DNA of 64,000 nt from Octopus vulgaris. Lineage: Eukaryota. The notes below the pieces were generated by a model that saw only the letters and a list, made by a program, of their open reading frames with translations, had not been told where the DNA came from and ran no database searches. This document shows positions 27,272-39,787 of the stretch, piece after piece. Within the stretch, counting starts at the first letter, position 1, and each line of letters starts with the position of its first letter. Location: the NCBI GenBank assembly GCA_951406725.2, contig OX597816.1:30132001-30196000 (forward strand). The letters run 5' to 3'. The translations under genes were made by a program, and so were the position numbers.

Positions 27272-27833
27272 GAAGTGGTCCAGTAACTTTGGGATAGCTA
27301 CGGTTTTTTTCCTGTAATCACACAACAGCTAATGAATGGTGGTAAATGCTTTGATTATCTATTGAAAATCAGATAAGTCCATGTCCATGGTTTCCTAATA
27401 GACTCCTAGTAGTGTATGTGAGTGTTCTATGCCTTTGTAATACATTAAATATTCTATTTCAATGATATTCAGGTTTACTCCTTTTCTTGTTACACACATG
27501 GTAAATCGTTATGTGAGTGTGTGCACGCGCAGGCGATTGTGTTCTTATGTGTGTATATACGTGCTTGTATAAGATGAAGCTTTGGTGAATCTATCTCGAA
27601 TATAGCAACAACTGTGGTGAGTGATATTAAATCTAAAAAAGAATCACACACACACACACACACACACACGCACGCACGAACACGCACATACACACACACA
27701 GTCACAAATAACACGCTTGCTGTATAGATAGTGCATTTTGGCGCAAGACCAGACAGGATATATCAGAGGTGGGTGTAGATTTGGCAAAAAGACCCAATTA
27801 TATTACGGGCATATGTATATTTGCATGAAGTGT

Positions 27834-27873
<40 letters not shown>

Positions 27874-27934
27874 CGTATAAACTACGTTACGATGTTAAAT
27901 CTGTAAAGCATACCAGTAGGAGTGAAGAACCCAT

Positions 27935-27935
27935 A

Positions 27936-27983
<48 letters not shown>

Positions 27984-28066
27984 CATCATCATCATCATTA
28001 TTATTATTATTATTATTGTTGTTGTTGTTGTTGTTGTTGTTATTGTTATTATTATTACTATTGTTG

Positions 28067-28109
<43 letters not shown>

Positions 28110-28129
28110 CATCATCATTATTATTATTA

Positions 28130-28164
<35 letters not shown>

Positions 28165-28198
28165 GTTGTTGTTGTTGTTGTTATTATTATTATTGTTG

Positions 28199-28290
<92 letters not shown>
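27935..28290. repeat. Compound (TAT)/(CAT)/(TGT)/(TA) microsatellite
   Basis: Directly visible. Confidence 0.9.
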
Positions 28291-28457
28291 GTATTTGCAT
28301 GTATATGCTGCCAGTTTTACGCCCTCACACTATCAAATAGCATAGATCTGTGTTTAATGATTCTTTCATTCAAGCTCAACTCCTATAAACCTCTGCCATC
28401 TTTCCTTCTTCCTAACATTACGTTCGTTCTGACAAGCTACAACTGCCGGATTTGCTT

Positions 28458-28534
<77 letters not shown>

Positions 28535-28654
28535 CTCTCTCTCTGTCCCTATGTCTGCATCGCAATCCCATGGTTTCGATTTCCCTTGCACCGCATCTTT
28601 GGTAAGTGTCTTCTATTATTGCCAAGAGTTGACCAATGCTACGCATTGTTTGTT

Positions 28655-28946
28655 CCTTCTCGAGCCATGCCTGGTTCATCGTGGCCAGTTTCCCGGTTTC
28701 CTTGGCGTATAGATTCCCTACTTGGACGGGACGCCGGTCCGTCTCAGGTGAGCTTCAAGATGCAGGAGGAAAGAGTGAAAGAAAGTTGTGGCGAAAGAGT
28801 GAACAGAAGTTTCGCCATTACCTTCTGCCGGAGCCGCGTTGAGCCGTGTTTCGCTCATAAACACACACATCACCCGGTCTGAGATTCGAACTCGCGATCC
28901 CTCGACCGCGAGTCCGCTGCTCTAACCACTAGGCCAGGTGCCTCCA
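28655..28946 (-). mobile_element. SINE family C variant (same type as 16512-16800)
   Basis: Reverse-complement match of head and tail. Confidence 0.85.
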
Positions 28947-29131
28947 ATTCTATGCATATACATACATAAATGAAAGACTCTGGATATTGGTTAATTGATG
29001 TTCGGATTTTCTTCATTATTGTTCATTCTGAATATCTTTATATAAGCTCCTTCCCATATCCTCTCCCTCTACGCTAATCGACGACTTTTAGGTTTTAAAA
29101 AGTTTTTTTTACTGGCACTAAGAGAGAATTT

Positions 29132-29551
29132 GAATCTTTTCGGTTTGAACGGAAGTTTTTAACATAATTTCTAGGTAACTAAAAAATTTTAGACTTCGTA
29201 TACTGGTAGAATGTGTTTATAAAACATCTTTTTCTCATGGCTTTATTGAGAAAATTCTATAGTTTGTAAGATATTTGTTGTTGTTTTCCTTCAATTTCTG
29301 CAATTTCAACCAATCAATTTTCAACCAATCAATTCTGTGCCGTATGAATATGTCCCTCGTTTAAGAAACAGATTGGGTTTATTTACATTTGTGAAGATAA
29401 AAAGATACCCTTCCCCCCACTCCTAACCCTAACCTTAACCCTAACCCTAAAATAGATTGAAATGCAATAGATCGATACTAAGGTCATAATTATGGGTGAC
29501 AATTTCATATGACACCGCTAGAAAAAACTGCCGTTTAAACCGAAAAGATGT
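29132..29551 (+). mobile_element. MITE with internal (CCCTAA)n, full length
   Basis: Same TIRs as 26831-27271; TSD GAGAATTT at 29124-29131 and 29552-29559. Confidence 0.92.
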
Positions 29552-30013
29552 GAGAATTTGGAAAAGTGTGACTATGTATGTATCTAAGTGCTTGTCACTC
29601 CCCCTGTGGAGAATGAAGCAGAATTTACCTCTGACAATTGACTCATCATTTATATTCCTATTGCCAAAGAATTCTATAGGGCGGAAGTGGCGATTATAAT
29701 GTTGAATGCCTTCTTTAGATTTGTATGATTGGAAGTAGGAGCAGTGGTAAATTTGAAACCTTTCAATAGACGATACATTTCATTTTTGTTGAAGTCTCTT
29801 TTAGGGTCTACATATTGCGTCGGTTTACTTTATGTTTCATTGGATCTTGGAACCAGATGTTCTTTCTTTCTTTCTTTTTTTCATGGTCTTTCCTCTGATA
29901 TTCATTCCTGCCCTCTCATTCTTCATGTCTTCCCTTTCTTTCTTTTTCCCTTTTTCTCCCTCTAAGCAAGCCTTCAAAAATTCCCCATGCACACTTATAC
30001 ATACATACATACA

Positions 30014-30047
<34 letters not shown>

Positions 30048-30049
30048 CA

Positions 30050-30318
30050 TTGTTGTTCAGGGTTAAGAGCGCGGGCTCCTAACCACAAGATTCCGAGATC
30101 GATTCCAAGGAGTGACCTGAACAACAACAACAACAACAATATTAATAATAATAATAACATCGAAAAATACCTTACGAATGAGAACACAGGTTCCAAATTT
30201 CCCCAAGACACCTGAAGAAGGCTGGAGGGTATATCAGCCGAAACGTTGTGTTAACAACAAAGAAGATGAGGACAAATATCCGTCGAATGTAAATAATGTA
30301 AATAATGTAAATAATGTA
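30050..30318 (+). mobile_element. Short element with tRNA-like head, hammerhead ribozyme and (ATGTAAATA)n tail
   Basis: GTTCAGGGTTAAGAGCGCGGGCTCCTAACCACAAGATTCCGAGATCGATTCC (degenerate A/B boxes), AAC/AAT linker, hammerhead at 30207-30252, 9-bp tandem tail. Confidence 0.65.
30207..30252 (+). ncRNA. Minimal type I hammerhead ribozyme
   Basis: Stem I GACAC/GTGTT, core CTGAAGA, stem II GGCTG/CAGCC, GAAA, palindromic ACGT stem III, GUU cleavage triplet. Confidence 0.8.
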
Positions 30319-31064
30319 TCAGAGGTGATTATTTGATTTATCAGATCAGCATTAAATCGTGCGTTTTTTTAATTGTTCGACGAACCTGTATTTTATGTTA
30401 TTTTTATAGGGAGGAAACATATTACACACACACACACACACACACACAGAGAGGCACACACTCATATACATATATGCATATATACATATACATACACAAG
30501 CACACACAGACATACATACCTGTGCGTGTGTGTGTGTTTATGTACGTACATATATATGTATGTATGCATGTATATATACATACACAGACGCTACTTTCAT
30601 TTATTTTCTTCTATTGCTTGTTTCAGTCATTGGATTGCAGCCATAGAGGAACACCACCTTGATGAGTTAAATGCAACAAATTGACCCCAGAGCTTATTTT
30701 TGAAAGTTCCATACGTAGTCTATCGGTCTCATATGACAAAGTGCTTGCTACAGTAAACATAAACACGTAAACATCGGCTTGCGAGCGGTGGAGGAGAAGA
30801 AACATACACAATGACATATGCACGTTTTCGTTCTCGTTGAGTTCTGCGTCTATTTGAGTTCTGCGTCTATCACGTATATATATTTATATATGCATGTATA
30901 TATACATGTAGATGTAGGTACGTACATATATGTATGTATGTATGCATATATTTTATTTATTACACTATTGTATGACTGAGCGCCTTCGCGTCGATTCGAT
31001 TCGATTCGTTCCGTTTCGTTTCGTTTCTTCTTCTCCCCAGTACAGTTTATATATATATCACGTG

Positions 31065-31342
31065 ATCACGTGACCGACCAGGCTATCAGATGTTGTTACA
31101 CATCGCTTCGCATTGTTTTAGCCTTCAAATGACGCCACCCCGCTGGCTAAGCGATCAGGCCAACAGAAGAAAGAGTGAGAGAAAGTTGAGGTGAAAGAGT
31201 ACAGCAGGGATCGCCACCACCCCCTGCCGGAGCCTCGTGGAGCTTTAGGTATTTTCGTTCACAACGCCCGATCTGGGAATCGAAACTGCGATCCTACGAC
31301 CGCGAGTCCGCTGCTCTAACCACTGGGCCATTGCGCCTCCAC
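31065..31342 (-). mobile_element. SINE family C variant with a third tail type
   Basis: Family C head and body; tail (CGTGACCGACCAGGCTATCAGATG... on +) differs from the 17191 and 16512 types. Confidence 0.8.
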
Positions 31343-31377
31343 ACACACACGCACACACACACACACATATATATATG

Positions 31378-31600
31378 CCTGAAGTCAGAACGCCATGATA
31401 GACCGTTAGCTCCTACACGCATTTTTTCCTTCTTTGTTTCTCTCCTTGTTTCTTTTCTGTGAATCTTTCTGTCGAAGAGCGTAGGCTCGAAACGTAAAAG
31501 ACTTGGTCTATTTCTATTCCTGAGCGCCATATTAATACATTTGCTTGTTTGTACTCCACCTGCCGTCGTCTTTTGTTTATTTTCGTAAACCTACCCGTTA
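31378..31600 (+). mobile_element. Penelope pLTR-like fragment with hammerhead variant (31464-31501)
   Basis: TCTTT-CTGTCGA-A-GAGC(GTAG)GCTC-GAAA-CG-TA-AAAGA; second copy at 62215-62420; ends in (TA)n. Confidence 0.7.
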
Positions 31601-31892
31601 TTTATATATATATATATATATATGCATGTCCACTTAGTGGTCATCCCTTCTTATACGCATATATATATATATATAAAATCTATGAGTTAGAGGTTATGCA
31701 ACCGTCTAAGGGATAAATGTATTTGTAGACACTACCGGTGTATTGCCACTACGTTTAGGCCTTGCTATAAGGTTAACAGTAGTTGGTAATTTAAATGGTA
31801 AAACCGTGATATATTCAGATAGGAAAAGAAATGGAGCAACAATTAATAATTAGAAGGTGTTAAAAGGTCATAGTTTAATTGTAGTTCAAGAA

Positions 31893-31971
31893 CATTTACA
31901 GCTGCTTCAGTTTATTATTTCGAAGTAAATTTGCATTTATCTCGTTTCTTTTAGCAAACATCATTAGAATG
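31893..31971 (-). ncRNA. Degenerate hammerhead motif
   Basis: Minus: CATT-CTAATGA-TGTTT...AAACT-GAAG-CAGCTG-TA-AATG; two core substitutions, stems I and III retained. Confidence 0.5.
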
Positions 31972-31983
31972 ATTTAGGGGAAT

Positions 31984-32025
<42 letters not shown>

Positions 32026-32095
32026 GCACACACACATACATATATACATATATATACATATATATATACATACATATATACATATATATATATAC

Positions 32096-32156
<61 letters not shown>

Positions 32157-32659
32157 TATATACATATATAGTTATATTTGTATAAGTAAATTATTCATTT
32201 ATACACACATAATTAAATTAACTTTATTATCGGTTAAGCTTGTTTACAATTTGAAAACAAAGCGAAACTGTACCTAACTTGAGAGTGAGCAAAAATACAA
32301 GTTCTCACAATCCGATATCTCATTATATAATATAAATACATACCAACACACACACAAGCGACAATAAGAGTCTTCAAAGACAGTAGCTCCCATAAATTCT
32401 AAAATAAAATTTAGGATTTATGGAGGGTCAAAGTTGGGGAAAAAAAGTGACACTGAAGATGTACAAGGAAACCGAACGAACACAAAGAGGAAGGGTCGTT
32501 TGAGCAGAACAAAAGGAAAATAGTGGACGCTGGGAAAAGACATGTTTTATGAAAAGAGAAAAGTTAGGAGAGAGAGAGAGAGAATCAAGTCCACTCGTTT
32601 TGACGTCCGAGCAGGAAAAGAAAGAGGGTCACCTGAGGAAAAGCAAGGCCATGTAGGGG

Positions 32660-33032
32660 GACATGGAGTTATGTACAGGGTGGTGTTCATTTAAAGAGTT
32701 CAGGCCACTTGTGGTCAAGGGAGACCTTGAACAGAGCGGTCGTCGGCATTTTCACTATCTCGTCCGGCAGCTTATTCCACGGATCCGCAACCCGGACGGA
32801 GAAAGCCCCTCTCCTTCGATTGAGATGAAATCGTCGCAGATAGTCCTTTTTGGAGTGACCCCGCAGCCGACGCTCTGGAGCAGGGGTGAAGAACAGCTCT
32901 TTCGAGAGGTTACACTTTCCGCTTATGATGTTGTGAGCAAGAATGAGATCACCACGGCGTCGTCGTTTTTCTAGAGAATAAAGGTCGAGCGTCTTCAGCC
33001 TTTCTTCATAAGACAAATGCTTGAGACCAAAA
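32660..33032 (-). mobile_element. CR1 LINE ORF2 C-terminus
   Basis: GLKHLSYEERLKTLDLYSLEKRRRRGDLI...LRGHSKK...FSVRVADPWNKLPDEIV...FKVSLD. Confidence 0.9.
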
Positions 33033-33455
33033 ATGAATGTGTACTGCAACTGATTTACTTCAAAACAGCAAAAATGCAAATAACTGCAGCATCACAGGAC
33101 ACCAGTATACCTATCCAGCAGAAACACGTGTTGGGTTGGAATTTGAGAACAATGATACCCTTCATTAGCAAATTGTACATTTTTTCTCTTTTTTATGATG
33201 TCTTGTTTATCAATACTTCATTCTGACTCTTTCTCTTTTCCAGTCCTACAAGACATTTTCCTTTTCCTTTGCGTTACTCCATACTTAGTGTCTTGCAGTC
33301 ACACGACCTCTTCTCGTTGAATATGTGCACTTATTTTATGCTCGAAATGAGGAGTAGATAGACAGCCGACAACTGATGAAGGGTCCTTTTTCTGTGTTAA
33401 CTCGTCCCGTTTTCCATTTTTTCTCCTTTAAATATTTCACTTGTTTTTGTACTGT

Positions 33456-33600
33456 AATTATTATAACAATAATACACCGATGATTAAGTAAATTGCAATA
33501 TAATAATATAATAATAATGTATAATAATAAAAACGTATATACGTTTTTATTATCATATTGCAATTTACTTAATCATCGGTATATTATTGTTATTTTAATT
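33456..33600. repeat. Near-perfect AT-rich palindrome
   Basis: Centre CGTAT|ATACG at 33538/33539; arms CCGATGATTAAGTAAATTGCAATAT / ATATTGCAATTTACTTAATCATCGG. Confidence 0.85.
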
Positions 33601-33790
33601 TTAATATTTCTATTATATGTAATTTTCTAGATGGTATAATTTGATTGTTCATTTTGAATTGATAAAAGGTGGGTTTTTTCTAATTTTTGTATATATATAT
33701 ATTATATTTTGTGAAATTTGATTTAGTATTTCTAAATTGAATTTTTCCCTGTAAGTTAGGAATAATATTCCCTCAAATAATAATTATATA
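33540..33790 (-). repeat. Unclassified AT-rich interspersed repeat (second copy 48605-48857)
   Basis: Reverse-complement alignment with 48605-48857. Confidence 0.75.
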
Positions 33791-33800
33791 TGTATATATA

Positions 33801-33985
33801 TACTCTTTTACTTGTTTCAGTCATTTGACTGCGGCCATGCTGGAGCACCGCCTTTAGTCGAGCAAATCGACCCCGGAACTTATTCTTTGTAAGCCAAGTA
33901 CTTATTCTATCGGTCTCTTTTGCCGAACCGCTAATTGACGGGGACGTAAACACACCAGCATCGGTTGTCAAGCAATGCTAGGGAG
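33801..33985 (-). mobile_element. SINE family A, 3' half
   Basis: Reverse complement of the family A tail. Confidence 0.9.
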
Positions 33986-33986
33986 A

Positions 33987-34163
33987 CATCACTTTGCATG
34001 CGTTCCACGACTGCTTCCAACGGTGGAAAACGCGCCTGGACCAATGCATTGCTTCAAATGGAGATTACTTTGAAGCGATAAAAGTGTAATCGTGTAAAAC
34101 TAAGTGAATAAAATAATATTGCAAAATTCCGGTTTCTTTTTTGGGGTGGGGAGTACTCCCTCG
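33987..34163 (+). mobile_element. Mariner transposon 3' fragment
   Basis: AFHDCFQRWKTRLDQCIASNGDYFEA plus decayed TIR; same family as 57236-57686. Confidence 0.8.
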
Positions 34164-34260
34164 CATATATTCCTTCCGGTCATTCAAAATGTGACCGCGT
34201 GTGTACCGTTGGCGATTTTTTCCCTCTGTCTTCCCTTCTCTGGATCTTTCCTTCTCCTAT

Positions 34261-34295
34261 TTTTCTGACGAAGAGCTCCGCTCGAAACGTTAGAC
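34261..34295 (+). ncRNA. Minimal hammerhead motif in a pLTR-like fragment (~34170-34395)
   Basis: TTT-CTGACGA-A-GAGC(TCC)GCTC-GAAA-CG-TT-AGA; canonical core, weak stem I. Confidence 0.7.
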
Positions 34296-34393
34296 CCTCC
34301 TTCTTCCCTTCTTTCCTGAGCGTCCAATAATACTATAGTTGTTCCACGTCCTCGCGTTATTGTGTTTTTTTGTGCTTTCTTGTTTGGATTAAC

Positions 34394-34450
<57 letters not shown>

Positions 34451-34556
34451 ATATATATATGTATATATGTGTGTATATGTATGTATATATGTGTGCATGT
34501 CTGTATATATATGTATGTGTATATATATGTATTTATGTATATGTAAGTATATATAT

Positions 34557-34617
<61 letters not shown>

Positions 34618-35067
34618 TGTATGTATGCATATATGTATATATACAGACGTGGTTATGTGGTTGTATAGTAAGAAGTTTGCTTCCTAGCCACAATATTTGG
34701 TAGATGGAAACTGAAAGAAGCCCAGGGTGAAAAAATGCACACACTCACACACACACACAAATATCTTCTCGAAATGTTCGTACCTCTCCTCATCCACCTA
34801 GCCATCACTCCACCCGGATTACCACTGGATCTTCGTACTCTTTCAGACTCTACTTCCGTGGATCTTACTGGCTACTTTCGCTGTTGTATATCGCAGTAAT
34901 CTACGACGACTTTTGGACTTTTTGAACTTCTGTCCTTTTCTCGAAACGTTCAAGACTTTTCCATTGTTCTCGAGCGTTGAGCTAATGCACCTGCTTGTTG
35001 TTCCATCGCTTGTCTTCGTCTGTTGTTTTCTGTAAATTTGAGCAATATATATATATATATATATATA

Positions 35068-35313
35068 TGTTGTGTGATCAATAAGTATCCGAACTGTTGC
35101 CATAGTAACGAAGTTAAAGCACGCAGAGTAAAGCCGCTCGGCACAGATTGACCATGATCTCTGCTATGCATGCGCACTAAGTTTTAACGTTCTAGCTCAC
35201 TTCCGCTATTTACAGCAGTGCTTGGAAGGAAGGTGTGTAGCGTGTGATCGTCGCATTGACAATAACAGAAAGTGGTGCAGAGAATCTGCATTGAAATTTG
35301 CCAAAAGCTTGGC
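35068..35313 (+). mobile_element. Mariner 5' fragment
   Basis: TIR-like GTGTGATCAATAAGTATCCGAACT and N-terminal VQRICIEICQKLG (compare EQR..IKFC.KLG). Confidence 0.6.
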
Positions 35314-35844
35314 GGTATATTAAGATATTAAGATCTATCTTCTGAATAACCCTAAATTTTAACTTTTTAACAATATGGCAGTGTTGTTTAAAATATTTAA
35401 CTATAGTACCCCATGATAAAATTTCCCCTATATTTATTATCAATGGTCTACTTTTGGCTTGCCCCTTTAATTATCAACTAACATCTTGGTTTAAGATTTC
35501 CTTTACCAATTCTCATTATATTGCTTCAAATTAATCTTGATAGTTTTATGACTATACTCACTATGATTTCTGTCGACTCCCTCAGTCCCCTTCCTAACAG
35601 ACACTGCTCCTTGTTCTTTGGCTTCAGATTCTGGTATACAAAGATTTGATAAACAATACTATAAATTAAAACAGCCCCACTACCAAAAAAAAAAAAAAAA
35701 CAGTGACAAGCTAGATCTCTAACAAGTCTTTCTTCCTGACACCTTAGTAGCTTCTAAGCTGAAGTGAAGACAGCATGGACTTTGTCTATCTCCTTACCTT
35801 CTTGGAGGTTTTAGGTAAAATTATACTAATGTCTCCATCTCTTT

Positions 35845-36248
35845 TACTCTTTACTCTTTTACTTGTTTCGGTCATTTGACTGCGGCCATGCTGGAGCACC
35901 GCCTTTAGTCGAGCAAATCGACCCCGGGACTTATTCTTTGTAAGCCCAGTACTTATTCTATCGGGCTCTTTTGCCGAACCGCTAAGTGACGGCGACGTAA
36001 ACACATCAGCATCGGTTGTCAAGCAATGCTAGGGGGACAAACACAGATATACAAAAGTACACACATATATATATATATACATTTATACGACGGGCTTCTT
36101 TCAGTTTCCGTCTACCAAATCCACCCACAAGGCTTTGGTCGGCCCGAGGCTACAGTAGAAGACACTTGCCCAAGATGCCACGCAGTGGGACTGAACCCGG
36201 AACCATGTGGTTGGTTAGCAAGCTAATTACCACACAGCCACTCCTACT
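35845..36248 (-). mobile_element. SINE family A, full length
   Basis: Complete reverse-complement copy. Confidence 0.9.
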
Positions 36249-36787
36249 CCTGTTTTAATTTAATTTAATTCTGTCTTTATGCAGCTGAGGATTGCTCTGC
36301 ATTTAAATTGATGTAATGATTGCATTGATCAATTAAATGGAGTCGCTTGAAACGATCACACTGCATTACCTCTGGATGTCCTTGTTGCTTATTTTGATTT
36401 TATTTATATTCACATATATAAACATATTTAGACACACACACACACACGTATGTATAAATGTATGTGCGTGTGTATAGATGGTGCACGCGTGTAATTGCGC
36501 TTACATTCGCGTGTACGTGCATCGTGGCAGATATCGTCAACTTGTTTCCCCTGAATTTTCCTACGCAATCTTGAGGTACAAGGCTCGATTCTGTCTCATA
36601 GATCTGGGGCAAGAATCCTTTACATAGTCTTGATTTAACTTAGTCTTGTGTTTGGTATTTTACGAAAACTGACAGTGAGCCACGTTGATTCTGACAGAGA
36701 ATTACGTTAATGGTACATCTATTTGCAGAATACTAATTCATTTTAACTTTGTTCACACAACGAAGGATCCGATACTATGATAGCTAA

Positions 36788-36888
<101 letters not shown>

Positions 36889-36937
36889 GCTTACTTGGAG
36901 AAGAAGAAAAAGAAAACGACGCGAGCATTCAATCTTA

Positions 36938-37421
36938 TAATAACAATTTAATAAATAAAACATATGCATACATACATATATATACATACCTACATCTATA
37001 TGCATATATACATGCATATATGAGTACAGAACACCACAAATAAACGTAGAATACAACGAGAAACGAAAACATAAAATCAAACAAGGAAACGGACTTTTTT
37101 TAACAACGAAAAAACAGAGTACAAGACAAACAATACAAGGAATATTCCCCTTCTTCCTGCCCTTACCTTCGAAACACGCATTGAGTCGAAACAGAGGCAG
37201 CTGAAGAAGGGGAATATTCCTTGTATTGTTTGTCTTGTACTCTGTTTTTTCGTTGTTAAAAAAAGTCCATTTCCTTGTTTGATTTTATGTTTTCGTTTCT
37301 CGTTGTGTTCTACGTTTATCTGTGGCGTCCTGTACTCATATATGCATGTATATATGCATATAGATGTAGGTATGTACATATATGTATGTATACATATATT
37401 TTATTTATTAAATTGTTATTA
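36938..37421. repeat. Long inverted repeat (~220-bp arms, 46-bp spacer), Penelope pLTR-like
   Basis: 36938-37156 is the reverse complement of 37203-37421 with few mismatches; related fragment at ~30823-30960. Confidence 0.9.
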
Positions 37422-37459
37422 GATAGATAGAGTTTTTATTCTTTTATTTTTTATTCTTT

Positions 37460-37817
37460 TTCTTTGTTTCAATCATCTGACTGCGGCCCTGCTGGAACAC
37501 CACCTTGAATGGCTTTAGTCAAAGAAATCTACCATAAGACGTGTGTTTTTAAAGCCAAGTATTTATTTTATCGCACCATTTTGCCGAACAGCTAAGTTAC
37601 GAGGACGTAAACACACCAACACCGGCTGTCAAAGCGGTGATGGCAGGCGCGCGCGCACACACACACACACATACACGCACACACACGACGGGCTACTTTC
37701 AGTTTCTGTCCACCAAATCAATCCACTCAAGGCTTTGGTCGGCCTGAAACTATAGCAGAAGACACTTGTCCATTGAGACTGAACCCGGAACCATGTGGTT
37801 GGGAAGTAGGCTTTTTA
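37460..37817 (-). mobile_element. SINE family A, diverged
   Basis: Reverse-complement match. Confidence 0.8.
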
Positions 37818-38145
37818 CCATACAGCCACCCCTGCGCCGGGAGATAGATAGAGTGAATGAGTTAGAGGGACAAACCCGGGGCGGGGAGTGACCGAAAGTA
37901 AAAAGGGGAGTACACCTGTAATATTATAAAAACTTGCTGAAGGGAATCAGAGCGAGAAAGAGGTGTAATAGAGGAGGAGGCGTGAAGAAATGGGGGTGGG
38001 GTTTGATTTATTTTGATTATTAGCCTAATTGAAGTTAAATTTGGTAATTATTATCGTCATGTAACAAATGAGATGAAGCAGAAAGACTGATACAGGTTCA
38101 GATGAACAATTGTGTAAACAAACACGCGCTTGTGTGAGTGTGTAC

Positions 38146-38209
<64 letters not shown>

Positions 38210-38227
38210 TCATCATCATCATCATCA

Positions 38228-38752
38228 TCATCGTTTAACGTCCGTTTTCCGCGCTAGCACGGGTTGGACGGTTCGACCGGGGTCTGGGGAGCTAGGGGCT
38301 GCTCCAGGCTCCAGTCTGATCTGGCAGTGTTTCTACAGCTGGATGCCCTTCCTAACGCCAACCACTCCGCAAGTGTAATGGGTGCTTTTTACGTGCCACC
38401 TGCACAGGTGCCAGAGGGGTCTGGCATCGGCCACGATCGATTGGTGCTTTTTATGTGCCACCAGCACAGAAGCCAGTCGAGGCGGTGCTGGCATCGGCCA
38501 CGTTGGGATGGTGCATTTTATGTGCCACCGGCACAGAAGCCAGTCGAGGCGGGGCTGGCATCGACGACGTTCGGATGGTGCTTTTTATGTGCCACCGGCA
38601 CAGAAGCCATTCGAGGCGGCACTGGCAACAGTCACGTTCGGATGGTGCTTTTTATGTACCACCGGCACAGGTATCACAACTACTGTTTCCATTGATATTT
38701 GGTTCGATGTTCATGTACATGCACTTGACTCAACAAGTCTCCTCAAGCATAT
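38228..38752 (-). mobile_element. Retroposon with (GAT)n tail and an internal ~66-bp GC-rich minisatellite
   Basis: Minus strand GGTTGGCGTTAGGAAGGGCATCCAGCTGTAGAAAC...GGACGTTAAACGATGATG tail; about 4.5 units starting GGTGCTTTTTATGTGCCACC at 38381-38670. Confidence 0.7.
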
Positions 38753-38899
38753 GAATAAATGAAAGAATGGAGTCGAACGAAGATGTTAACAAAATTCCTT
38801 TACTCCCGACACATGTTTCGAAGACAGTATATTTTTATTCCGAAGGAATAAAGGGTGCATTATGCTGACGATAAACATAGGATAATTCATTCACCTACT

Positions 38900-38991
<92 letters not shown>

Positions 38992-38994
38992 ATG

Positions 38995-39252
38995 TTCTTT
39001 ATTTGTTTTAGTCATTTGACTGCGGTGGCCACGCTGGAGCACACCACATTTAGTCGAACAAATAGACTCCCAGGACTTATTCTTTGTAAGATTAATACTT
39101 ATTCTATCGGTCGTCTTTTGCCGAACCGTTAAGTGACGGGGATGCAAAAGCACCAATACCGGTTGTCAAGCGATGGTGGGGGGAGACAAACAGACACAAA
39201 TAACAAACACACACAAACACACACATATATATGTATATATATAAATATATAT

Positions 39253-39296
<44 letters not shown>

Positions 39297-39452
39297 ACGG
39301 GCGTCTTTCAATTCCCGTCTACCAAATTCACTCACAAGGCTTTGGTTGGGCCGAGGCTATAGTAGAAGACACTTGCCCAAGGTGACACGCAGTAGGACTG
39401 AACCCGGAACCATGTGGTTGGGAACCAAGCTTCTTACCACACATCCACTTCT

Positions 39453-39457
<5 letters not shown>
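38995..39457 (-). mobile_element. SINE family A
   Basis: Complete reverse-complement copy. Confidence 0.85.
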
Positions 39458-39517
<60 letters not shown>

Positions 39518-39519
39518 TA

Positions 39520-39680
39520 CCTAGCCCGAAATTGCGAAGATAATCTGGAATTCGACCGAGGAAAGAAAACTCCGAATGACTCGTCCTTATTTCCTTGAAT
39601 CGTCTGTTTGGATGTTTTGTTGACCCTTTTTTGCATCACCTGTCTGGATATTTTGCGTTCTTGTCCCATTTTTGTATATA
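39520..39680 (+). repeat. pLTR-like fragment of the family forming the 54666-55680 inverted repeat
   Basis: Aligns with 55517-55675. Confidence 0.75.
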
Positions 39681-39682
39681 AT

Positions 39683-39723
<41 letters not shown>

Positions 39724-39756
39724 CGTAAAAGATATGTATATTTTATCGTATATATA

Positions 39757-39787
<31 letters not shown>

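Noticed and set aside
35786-36258. Recurring ORFs such as MTTDAGVFTSP... and ...[11 protein letters not shown]...
   Set aside because: Translations of family A SINE copies, not a protein family.
38381-38670. CRISPR-like array
   Set aside because: Eukaryotic context; the intervening segments are homologous to each other, so this is a minisatellite; no cas genes.
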